DNA of 64,000 nucleotides from Azolla caroliniana (Eukaryota; Plantae; Polypodiophyta). Numbering within the stretch: the first letter of the stretch is position 1; every line of letters starts with the position of its first letter. Below, piece after piece: positions 13,101 to 24,697 of this stretch. The notes beneath the pieces are model-generated. The model was not told the origin of the DNA, did not search any database, and saw only the letters and a program-made list of their open reading frames with translations. Position numbers and translations under genes: made by a program. The DNA is taken from positions 7,068,001 to 7,132,000 of the forward strand of contig JBHGNT010000005.1 in NCBI GenBank assembly GCA_043228905.1, read 5' to 3'.

Positions 13101-16100
13101 AGCCTCTTTTTGTGTGAAATCAGGAAAAAAAATGAAGAGATCGTGATAGTGGTTCCTGATCAGATAGCGGTGGTTTGTTATGGGTTGGAAGCAAAATATA
13201 TTCCCAAATTTCATCAGTAAGTTCCTCCATTATCAGTATCTTGTCGTGAATCCTTCCAGCTGTTTGTATACAATAGGACCCCTTCTGAGTTATGATATAA
13301 TTATCTACTCATGGCAGAATATTATGCGAGTGTGGGCATTGCACCCCTGGGCAAATGATGGGTCCTTCAAAATGGGAAAGACACACAGGAAGCCGGAAGA
13401 AGAAATGGAAACAGAGCATTAAACTCAAAAATACCAACACTACACTCTTGTCATGGGTAAAGCTCAAGTTTAATTTTGAGGAAAATAGTAAAATAGTGCT
13501 GAATTTTTCTTTATTTCTCATGATGCCCCTGAGTATTTTCTATTTCCCAAAATGCCCGTCTTCAACCTCTGAAAGAGCAATCGCATAATAAATTCGTTTC
13601 TTCTTTCTCTTTTTTGAGGGTTATCCAATAGCATTCCCGGGAATGCTGAAAAATCAGAGGCATTTGGGGGAAATGAAAATACTCATGGGTATTTCAGAGT
13701 TTGTTACTTACATTTTCTAACTTGGTTCTTCCTGAGATTTGGTTTTCATATTATACAATTAATCATGTGGCAGTTACAATTCATGATGGAGCATGGTGCC
13801 ACAGGTCTAGCGTACACAGAATCAAATTCCAGTCTCCCATCAAGACAGAGAGAGAGGAAACTAGCTGCATATTTACAGCGTATGGCAAAATGAATATTAT
13901 TACCTGTTTGCTTTTGTATATCCCCTACATCCATAACCTTATAATACTGCTACGTCCATAATGATTTTTCATAACTTGAATGCCAAATAGCATGAAAAGT
14001 TTTTACGTTCTTCTAGGCGTGATACTCTCATTTAGAACTGCATGGAATGTTTAGTGATGTCTGCAATTTTGGATTTCTATGCAACACCATTTTCAAAAAA
14101 GATATATTGTGAGGCTATGGCATGTTTTCATGGTTTAACTGTGATCTGTCTTGAATGTCAAGGATTTCAGACTTGCATTTTGAGCTTAGTGTTGAAGTGT
14201 ATGTTTTCATGTAACATATGTTTTGCGTTTATTTTTGTTCCTTTTTCCTTAGCTAAGTTGTCTTTTGGGCTCATTCTTAGATGTGTTTGGCATGTGTTAC
14301 TCTCTTGGATCAATTCTGCTTATTTTTTTACCCCAGATGTGATAGAATTCTACTCTGAACCACCAATATTTTGATCTGAGTAAGTTAAATACAAAGTTTG
14401 TACTCGTAGCAGCATGCATGATGCATGTGCATGACAAGAATAAGTAAATACTCCATGAAGCATGTGAATCAGATACATGGTTTCAATGATGATGGGGTAA
14501 ATGATAGCATGCATATGGGGCAAATCAATTCTCACTAGGGATGACACTCTCATTGAGGGCCTTTGTGTGATCAATGTATGCCAACTTCCATGTACCTGTA
14601 CCTGATCAGGCTGGTAAAGTCAATGCTTTTAGTTTGTGCTGCTCCACCTTGCAAATCTTTAGTAGATCCACTTATTTTATCAACATCATTAATGGTTTCT
14701 GGAAAGATCTGTTTTATTTATCTGTTTTAAAATATATTGGATTGTGCTGAGTGTTAATAACCGACTCCTCATTATTCATCATATGATAACGTCAGCAATA
14801 TATAAAGCTTTGAAATTTATCTGGGAGTTCAGGGATTTATGAACTGATGTCGTCTCCTTTATGATTGCTTTGGTATATTTTGTAACTTCTCTGATTTTAT
14901 GCTTTTATTTTTCACAGAACCTTATCAACCTGTGATTGCAAACTGGACAGAAGAAAAGTGTGCTGTTTGTCGATGGATTGAAGATTATGACTGGAACAAA
15001 ATCATGATATGCATTCGGTAGGTATTTATGTACATTATATATTAATATTATTAGAAATTAATATTTTATCGTGCTTGATGATGACAGATGTGGGCTAGCC
15101 ATTCATGAGAAATGCTATGGAAAAAAAGCATCAAATGGGTCTTTTATATGCCGTGTTTGTGAGAACCCAGATGTTGAACATGAATGCTGCCTATGCCCTG
15201 TAAAAGGTACCAGAAACTCACATTTAGGATGTGAAATGCATATTTTCATCAATTTGATTAGATAAATTTATAACTTTTCTTATCAGGTGGGGCATTGAAG
15301 CCTTCAACAATTTATGGATTTTGGGTGCACATAACTTGTGCTTGGTTTATGGAAGAAATTGTCTTCAAAAATACTACAATGATGGAGCCGGCAGATGGCT
15401 TGACAAAAATTGATCCTTCCCGTTTTCAGCAGGTAAAAATTGTTATTTATATATGCATTTTGTTCTCACGTTTGCTCTCTTTTGTTTTATTTTTCTCTTA
15501 ACAGCATATATTTTAACGTTGGCATCTTATCTAATCTTGCAGATTTGTGTAGTGTGCAAACAAGTACATGGAGTATGTATACAATGTGTCAAGTGCCCTA
15601 CTACATACCATGTGATGTGTGCTGCCCGAGCTGGCTATCATATGGAGGTACTTTAATATCTTAGAGTTTAGCAAAAATTATTTGGCCAACATATTCTTAT
15701 TGATTATGCTGATAGTTTTTTTTAATATGATTTTCAATTGGAAGATGCATACCATAAAAAAGAATGGAGGAAGCTGGGAGAATAGAAGGATTAGTTATTG
15801 TGCCAATCACAGGTTTGTTATTTGTTTTCAAAAAGCTGCTAGAATTACCAACACATGAGTGTTGATCCAAAGAACTCTCTTGGGTTCTTTGCTCTTATGC
15901 CTTATTATCTGTCCTCAATAGTCAGTTACATGCAATTAGCCACCAAAACATGTCAATGTACTCAAGTGACCCATGTATCTTAATAACCCCGAGTCTGCTG
16001 AAGCCCCAAATAACAGTAGGGTTATGTGTTTGAAACTAGGTTTGATCTTTTAAGAATTTTGTGTTCTCTATGTATGGTGTAGTGTCCATCATTTCTCGTA

Positions 16101-17824
16101 TGGAAGGTGCTGACCAAAAACTGTTTCTCATTTCGCAAAGTTACGTTCATATCGTACCATCATATGAGAACTTACAGAACTTAGATCTCTAGGAAGGTCC
16201 CTAGTTACTTGGTTAATTCTAAACTCCCAACACTCAAGTTTGGAAATGAGTGATAACAATATCACTGCTGGACTGTGTCTGATGATGGCTATCATTATTT
16301 ATTTTCTGTGACACTGCAGAACTCCTGATCCAGATGCAAAACTTTTTCTTACATCGTCTGACGAGAAATGCCAAACAGGAAACCATCCAGAGGAGGACAA
16401 AGAAAATAAAATATCAATCATAGAGAATATCGTGCCTAATCATACTGACAGCATCTTGATTGGAGAAAATGGAATCTCTTATGCTTCCAGATGTCTTGAA
16501 TATAGTGTCCAGATGAAGTTATTTTGTACGAAGGTTCGTTCTCTTGACTCTTCATATATGTTCAAAACCTCTGATCAGCTCATCGCAACGGATTAGAACT
16601 GTATCATAACAGCTTTTTTTCTTTTTATTTTGGTTTGTTCTCTAAAATAAAATATTATTTTCAGATATATTCTCTTGTTTGGTCTCATAGGAATTTTGGC
16701 CTCTTGAGAGATGCTAATTTAAATTTATTTTATTTCTTATTTTTCTGCAGAAGATTGATGAACAAGCAATTGCACATATAGTGGGAGGCTACAGCTGGCA
16801 TTCTCCAGAAGTAATAAACAGTCTAACAGGAAGTGTATGTCACCACTATAGATGGTTTTTCTTTACTTTTTCAGGTTCACTAAACATTTTATATTTGTAA
16901 TTTCTGGAAACTCTGGTATATGATTTTATTTTTGTGCGTTCATGTTTTATCAACCAATAGAGAAGTGAAAAGAAAAGAGTTTGCTGTGGAAAGTCCGTTA
17001 TACATGGCTGGGGATTGTTTGCACGACGTCCTATTCAAAAGGGTGAAATGGTAAGATCTTGGTTGGCTAAGTACGCAATGACATTTCCACTTCGGATTTT
17101 TCTAAATCTTTTGATGTGATTTACAATCAGGTAGTTGAATATCGTGGAGAATTGGTAAGAAGAAGTATTGCAGATCTGCGTGAGAAATGCTATTCTGGAA
17201 AGGGTAAAGGATGCTATGTGAGTGATCTGTGTAATTATTGTCTATAACAAAAAGGATAAATCTCTATGCCTTCCATTGACTCTCATAGAAATTTCTTATG
17301 CTCTCTAGATTTCTATTATCAGCCCTCTCTTTTTGTGACTTGGTACAGTTCTTTAAAGTAAGTGATGAAGCTATCATTGATGCAACGAAGAAAGGAAATA
17401 TGGGGCGTCTTATCAATCATTCTGTGAGATTGCTTCCTCATGCTGCTCTAGATTGGCTCACTTGAAATATATATTGCAATACCAAGATGAAGAATTTTAA
17501 CTTCTCCTTGTGGATGGATCACTATGTAGTGTGCGCCAAACTGCTATGCTAAGATCTTCTCTCTCACTGGTGGAGAGATAGGCATCGTCTTGACTGCACA
17601 AAGGTCGTTAAAGATGGGTGAAGAGTTGACGTAAGTACTTTACTTCAATATCCCACATGAATTAAGAGTATTATCAACTTTCCAATGCACTTTTCTGCAT
17701 TTTCTCTGATTAAAATAACTGATTGCATTGTGGGTTTTGAAGTTACGACTACCAATTCGATCCGGAGAGCAAGGAGGTTCCATGCCTTTGTGGGGCAGCA
17801 ACGTGTAGAAATTTCATGTGCTAA
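10111..17824 (+). CDS. ATX3-like: ATX3/ATX4/ATX5-like trithorax H3K4 methyltransferase (PWWP, SAND-like, PHD, ePHD, SET, post-SET)
   Basis: In-phase GT-AG exons: 10111(or ATG 10231)-11739, 12065-12120, 12460-12658, 12939-13021, 13318-13456, 13774-13879, 14918-15017, 15088-15206, 15287-15432, 15543-15647, 15745-15812, 16320-16533, 16751-16834, 16961-17050, 17131-17217, 17349-17423, 17530-17630, 17743-17824. Motifs: SRRGRTQTLPSRFRDS, GDIVWVK..WPAKV, WERHTGSRKKKWK, CAVCRWIED, IHGWGLFA, RLINHSCAPNC, ELTYDY, CLCGAATCR. Start codon is uncertain. Confidence 0.92.
11787..11997. mobile_element. Intronic inverted-repeat MITE, copy 1
   Basis: Arm GAGTTTTTCTGCATTTCCCTAGATGCCTTTGAGTTTT pairs with AAAACTCAGAGGCAACTAGAGAAATAGAGAAAACTC. 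Confidence 0.65.
13499..13698. mobile_element. Intronic inverted-repeat MITE, copy 2 of the same family
   Basis: Arm ATGCCCCTGAGTATTTTCTATTTCCCAAAATGCCC pairs with GGGCATTTGGGGGAAATGAAAATACTCATGGGTAT. Both arms resemble those at 11787-11997. Confidence 0.65.
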
Positions 17825-20800
17825 GCTCGATTTAGTGTAATATGTACAGCATCATCATCACCATATACACAATTGGGTTGCAATCCAATCCCAATAATAC
17901 TCTTTACTTGCCCAGATTCTCTAATTTTCAGATTGGGAAAGAGAGCTCAGAGTTCTTTTATTGAAGCAGATTTTAATTGTAACTAAAGGAGATAGATATA
18001 GTCTCATAACTCTTTTTCATCCAGGAAGCAGTGGATGGTTCTTCTACTGGAATGTACTATAGCATTTATTTTACAGATCATATGATGCAATGGGCAAAGC
18101 ATACACAGCTATTTTTGCCCACTATTCATTAGGAGAACTGTACATATTGTTGTAACATACAATTTTGTATTCTTTGTAGAGTACATTTTTTACGTTGGGC
18201 TACCAAAATGCTATTTTCAAAATAAAGTAATTCTTAGTTTTTGGTGTAAGCCAAAATGTCAGAGTTCAATTCCTTCTCGTTTGGATAGACACTCAATCGA
18301 TAACTAATTATGTCCATTATTATTGATTGCAAGTTAACCCTTGCCTACGTCACTGCAATTTGCAATTCACTGATTTGATACAAGGAGAAAAATGGTTCGT
18401 TTCCATTTTCATCAAAGGATAGGTACAAAGATGTTCTGTACGCTTCTGAAACATGTGATGACAGAAGGCCACGGATACTCTGCATGCTAAATTGATGTTC
18501 AGGTATCTAATACTTGCATTATTCTCTCAATTCTTTGCACATTGCTCTCAAGATTGAGCACACAATTGTCATGAATTTTGAACCTTAATACTCTGCAGAT
18601 ATTCTAGACACTTTATATGATTAGTGTGGAGTATTTGCTAACATGTTGACATCGCAAGGAGCTTTGCCCTAAATTTAGTTTTATGATGGTGTTAACATGT
18701 TTTAAGATTGTTTGCATTGAATGCTAAATAGTTTTCTAAGTAGTGCGATAGATGCTGCCTAATATCAGCTCTAAAAACAAAACAAAGTAGGCTAACAATC
18801 CAGAGAATAATAAATAAAGTTCAAAGGAAATAAGGGTGAGCTTAGGGCATTTCCTTTGGCATGACAAGTAGTTACAAGTTATAAGAAAGAGTGTTTCCCA
18901 ATTAGGATATATAGAGTTGTCGATGCACATTCTTCTGGCACGTTATGTATAGTATTGTTGTTTGTAATTGTGCGCATTATAATAAACTTTATTATAACTC
19001 TTGGTGAATTCTTCATTGTGAAATGAAAACCACTATCTTCCATCACAAAACATGTCGTCTATCTCATGACCTCTTTGGTCACATCTATATCTAACCTTAC
19101 TAGTTACATCAACATCCTCTTTTTGCACATGGGCTCAATTCTCATTGTCATTATATCTAGCTATATCAACATTTGCACTTAAGTTGATTTTGATGAAATG
19201 ATTGATAATGCATAGTTAAAAGTATTAATGGAATTTCTCTTACATTTATTTGTGATTTTAGAATCCACTTTTCAAATATTGTGTAAGTTGACAAATAGTG
19301 GAATATTGATTTTTAATCCATAAAAAGCATGCAAAACCAGAGTGTTAATATTTTAACAGTTTCAACCCAAAGTTTAACGATTCATGCAAGGTTGTAGGGA
19401 ATGTGTTTCAAGTTTTTTGTGTCTATATGACTTGATTCAATGTTCCTATGAAATAATTATGCATAAACCTGAAGACATGGCAACAAGTGTTCTTAAAGCA
19501 TTTTTTATGAACATTGAGTTTTGTCTTCTTCTTCTTCTTCTCTCACAAGATCTAGGTTTTCTTATTAGTTTATCTATGATTGTAATAAGAGCAAACCCAT
19601 GTAAAGAATTTGTTTATCGGTTACTCATTCAAGTCACCAAATTTCTTTTGTATGTCCACCAACTGTGCCCTATTTTGCCAACATTGAATGAAGTTGCTCT
19701 TTCTATTAGTTTCATCTCCATTTAGTTGTACCTTCTTATAATTTTCTTTGATATTCACAAAGGTAGTTCTAAACTATATGATGGCAATGCTAAAACTAAA
19801 GATATTCATGTTTGACCAATGGATCCATTTGCATTATCTTCTATTTTTCATATATTTACCTTTTGGTATTGAAACCTTTCATGTACGTGGGTTCCATAGA
19901 GGCTTCATGGATTCCTAAACTAATATTTGTTTGACATTTGAAAACTTAATATAGGGAATAAGATGTAAATCTATAACCAATAACTGCAATGATGTGTTGT
20001 GTTCCTCAATTCCAATGAAGTTATAGCTACTATACACAACCACCAAATTTGATCGGTGCTATGGCTTGCTTGACATTGTCAATCTGTCTACCTCTAACAA
20101 GGATCCACTTATATCCTCTCTCTCTCACTTTTCATAATGTGGTATGCCTTTAATGTAGGAGATTACACAAATATGACGTGACACTTCTTAAGTTCATTTC
20201 CCATCATTGATAAAGCACTATACTTTGATTACATCATGAGTTGGATTCAAAACCTTCACCACTTGATTCAAAATCTTTTCATGCCCAAGAATATGGGGAT
20301 ATACTTGACCTATAATTATTTTAATTGCATTAATACATTCCAAAACTTAATGCACTTAACTTAGTACACATTGTTAGAGACAATGCCTATGTCCTTTTTG
20401 GTGATAGGATGGTTGTAATTTCCAAGTAAGGTGGATTGTTTATGAATCATGGACCTAATCATTTTTTACGTTACGACAATGTGGCATCAATGTTGTAATT
20501 GGGCTTTATAACATCATTATATTGTCTTTCAAGTGTTATATAACATTTCAACAATTTGCTTTTTTTATCCAGACACTTTGAAATTCTTGCAACTGCAAAG
20601 ACAAAAATTGGAAAAGAGGAAATAATAGGAAACAATTATTCTTACAAATGGTGGCAGAAGACAATGCTATTAGATTGTAGAAATTTAATTTGTAAAGACA
20701 TTTTTTTAAAGAAAAACTATTGATTACATGTGTTGATGTTATTACCTGGTTTTGGTTGTTGGATATAAGACAAATCCGTCAAGATTCACGTTGACATGGG

Positions 20801-22424
20801 AAATATATCCTAGTTGATAAAAAACCCAGTAGTTTTGAATCCAGGATTTCTCGCCTATAAACCTTGCTTAGCTATTGGTAAAATCTGCAATGATAGATTC
20901 ATATATACAAGTATGCATATGCCTTTTACTAGAGAGATATGGATATGGAATAACACACTTCATTCTTCACATGCTTGTAGGTACTCATATCCACCCATGT
21001 ATGTGTGTGAAGGGAATGTTTTTACATTTTACTTTAACATGTAATACATCATGAAAGATGACCATTTTTTGAAAAACGGGAGCAATGAAATATTACTTGT
21101 TGCATGAATACCTCTCTTTTCCTTGAAAGGAAATTTCTAGGGTAGTAAGAAAGGGGGAACGTTTGCATTGGATCAAGAAAAACTTGATCTCTAGAATATG
21201 AGCATAAGATCCCAAATGATCTTTTACTACAGGGCTTAGAGACACATCCTTAGGTGGGTCAAACAAGGTTCAGATTTGATAACTCACAATAAGTAAATGC
21301 CTCGTAACTTCATCCATAAGGAATATTCTAATCAATATGTGATGCTCCATTTAACAAGAAAGCCATCTCGACTTTGAAGAGAAGGTAGCACTTTGGCATT
21401 ACATGAGTAGGATGTCCATGTGAAGCATCCTTAGGATCAATGCGAACCCATATAGGAGGAGGACCAAACCTCTTTGTAGATGTGGTACCTCAACTTTTCA
21501 ATAAGGTGTTCACTTTTATTTGTAGCAAAGCAGTAGCAATTGCTATAACTTCCTTCTCTCACATAATCTCAAACCTCCACTTCGGTTCTTGCCATGGACT
21601 TGGTCCAATCTAATTGATCACACTATGAACCGTGAGGATTCTATCTATATATCTTAGTTTGTTGCTTGACAATTTTTACCTCTCCCATGTTAAAGGCAAT
21701 CAAATTAACGTTATAAAAAGAATGACAAGTTTAACATGTAGTAAATAACCACCTCGAATTATTTGAGGTAGATGCACATTTTCACGAAACACCATTGCCA
21801 ATCAAAGCATACTCAAAGCACAATTCCAATGAGAAATGCTTGATATTTTTCTATTAAAAATGAAATTGTCATTGTTGTTTTTTCCTTTTGAATAGGAATG
21901 TGATGACATCAAATCCATTATTAGTGCATTTGAGATGTCTTTTAAGGAATTAAATGAGGCTTTAAAAAATCCTTGAAGAAACATGCTAGATATTTTATCT
22001 CAAATCTTCCTCCCATCCCTCTGAAATCTTACAATATTGATGGTTGAGATCCACGACGGGGTTTTTTAATTCATTACTGTGATTAACAGTGACCATTAAA
22101 CTACTTATTAAATCAATTAGGGGAAACTAAACATTAGTATAGTAAAGTTGAAAATGATGTTTTTCCGATTCATTGATCTCAATTTCCCAACACTTCAATG
22201 AGGTGAACTATACTATAAGAGGAATAGCCAGATCTAGAACATCAAAAGAGACATTGGCTATAATAAAAAAACTTCCAAAAGTGTATTCCATTAGGAAATT
22301 CTATTAGCAAATTGTAAGGTTCTAAAAGAAATGGAGAGAGCATGGGCTTGACGTTATCCAACTATGTCCTTGCTACTAAAGTCAAACTCACACACACATA
22401 CTCACTCACTCTCTCTCTCTCTCA

Positions 22425-22462
<38 letters not shown>

Positions 22463-24288
22463 TTAAAAAATCGTCTGTCGTCGTCAATGGTCATCACCAC
22501 TTTATCTCTAATAAGATACACATAAGGGCATCCCATAACAATGAAATATCACCTTTTTTCTCTTTTTTAGGAGTGATTCTATAAGATATCATTTGCCTTC
22601 ATGTCAATTATCTCTCTCCCTATAATTCATGTACAATTTCTCTCCCATAGGCATTTCCACACATCTAAGGAATTCCATATGCATTTTTGCTAGCTACCAA
22701 GGTGTGTCTTGTCGCTGCGCAGATTCAAAGGTGTTGATATGAAGAAGCATTAAATTTATGCCCCACAATGGTTGGTTTGCCGAAGTGGTTATGGGGGGCA
22801 ATTTAAGATCGCCTGCACTCGAGTATACATTGGTTTGAACCCCACAACCAAGAGAATATCCCAAATAGATCAACACCACCAATGCACATGGTCTTCTTAT
22901 TTACCTTTACAATTGAAGATATATGCATAAGACTTAAGAAATTGGCCTCAAACGATCTTCAATGTATAACAACAGAAATGCTAAAATGGACGGGAAAGGA
23001 ACCACATGCATGGATAAGTGATATGTTTAATAATGCATTTCAACATGGCATGCCACATGATTGGACTACAAATTGGATCAAACCTTTGCATAAAGGTGAA
23101 TATGTAAATAATGTAAACAACTATCAAACTATCATGGTTGGCCCGCTAATGGCAAAACTATTTGGATGTAATGGAATCAAAGATAAGTGCATGGTTTGAA
23201 AAAAATGGTAAAAGAGTTTGTGGACAAGTTGCCTTTCAAAAACACAAACACTATTGATCGTCTTGTCACCCTTCAAGTATTAACGGAAGAAAGACACTTG
23301 AGGGTTAAAGGTTTTATATTGTTGCTTCATAGACTTGAAAGTTTTTGGTATGATACTTAGTGAGTATCTTTGGAGGCAAATAGAAAAACTCAAGGTGCCA
23401 AGTGAATATATGAGAATGTTATATGTTAAATGTATATGGACGATAAACTTTCAAAAAAGTTCAATAGCACTATTAGTGTTACACAAGGATGCCACCCTCA
23501 CCAACTCTATCTGGTCTATGCATTGATGAATTGGAAGGAATGATTGCCAAGTTTGTAAAGGAAGAAGGTGTTGAAGAAGTTGTCATTGGGAATATAGTCG
23601 ATATGCTTTTGTTAAATGCAGATGATATAGTGATTTTTGCAAATACTTTCGGAGATACACAAAAGCTTATGAAGGCATTATAAAATTTTACATGCATACT
23701 AAATTAAATGTCAATAACTCTAAAACAAAGATTATGCTTGTGAAGAGCCAAAAAAAAGATAACCATGTATCATGTACAATAATGAGTCACTTAAATGTGT
23801 GGAAAGCCTCAAATATCTTGGTCTTGAAGTTCCTTCAAATCATGGATGAATGTGCTATATGGTGCTTAGAGGCGGGAAAGAGAGCATATTATGCATTTGA
23901 GAACAAATGCAATTATGGAGATATTAAGTGTTTGGTTCTCAAGAAATACCTTTTCAACACTTTGTGGCACCAATGCTTCTCTATGGGATGGTAGCATCCC
24001 TAAATCCACTTGGAAAGAGTTTAAAAATGTCCAAAAACATTTTCTTACAAAGTTTCTACAAGTCAACGCCATACACCCCCCTCCTCCTTGAGACGGGACC
24101 ACTTCCCATTAAGATCATGGCCATGGAAAGGGTTGTTGAATACATGCTTAAGGTTCACACAACCCTCACATCTAATACTTTTAGAATTGCACGACAATCA
24201 AGCAAAAAGATCCAAAAGACGCATAAAAGGAAAATTGTATGTTTCGATTGATTGGATGCAAGACATGGAAATATGGTTTGGTAGATAG

Positions 24289-24579
24289 TGTCATGAACAC
24301 ATGACCATTATGGCGTCACCCGGACTTGAACCTCAAACCTTGTAATTCATACTTGAAAACCTCAACCATTAAGATAGCTTATTGTTATATGAAACAATAA
24401 AAGCTACTTCTTGTATTACATTGATTATTGTAAAAACTCTAGATTATTCTAGAATGTTCTAGAATGTCCTAGAGCATTCTAGGTCTAGAACATTCTAGAA
24501 CATTCTAGAAATCTCTAAGCTATTCTATAGGAACCTATAAATAAGCGCATACATGTATTCTCAAATCAATTCGAATCAA
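24289..24579 (+). repeat. Left LTR, U3 plus start of R only (291 bp)
   Basis: Matches 25937-26227 with only two substitutions seen by eye (CACCCGG/CACTCGG and CTCAAAC/CTCGAAC). Confidence 0.95.
24447..24543 (+). promoter_or_regulatory. Heat-shock element array and TATA box in U3 (second copy at 26095-26191)
   Basis: TTCtaGAAtgTTCtaGAA (24447-24464) and GAAcaTTCtaGAAcaTTCtaGAA (24488-24510) are perfect alternating nGAAn units. TATAAATA lies at 24536-24543. Confidence 0.75.
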
Positions 24580-24581
24580 AT

Positions 24582-24697
24582 TGTCAGAACCAAGGATAAA
24601 AGATAGAGTGATGGAAGAAGGATAGAGAAGAATGGATGTATAAGATAGAGAAAGAAAGAGAATGGATACAAGATATGTAATGAGAGCTAAAGACTGG
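24582..24697 (-). repeat. Inverted copy of the last 116 bp (R/U5) of the LTR
   Basis: Exact reverse complement of 26230-26345 by eye (TGTCAGAACCAAGG...GCTAAAGACTGG). Confidence 0.95.

Noticed and set aside
18000-22000. Short ORFs between the ATX gene and the AZG duplication
   Set aside because: No coherent exon chain or recognisable motif. Likely decayed repeats.
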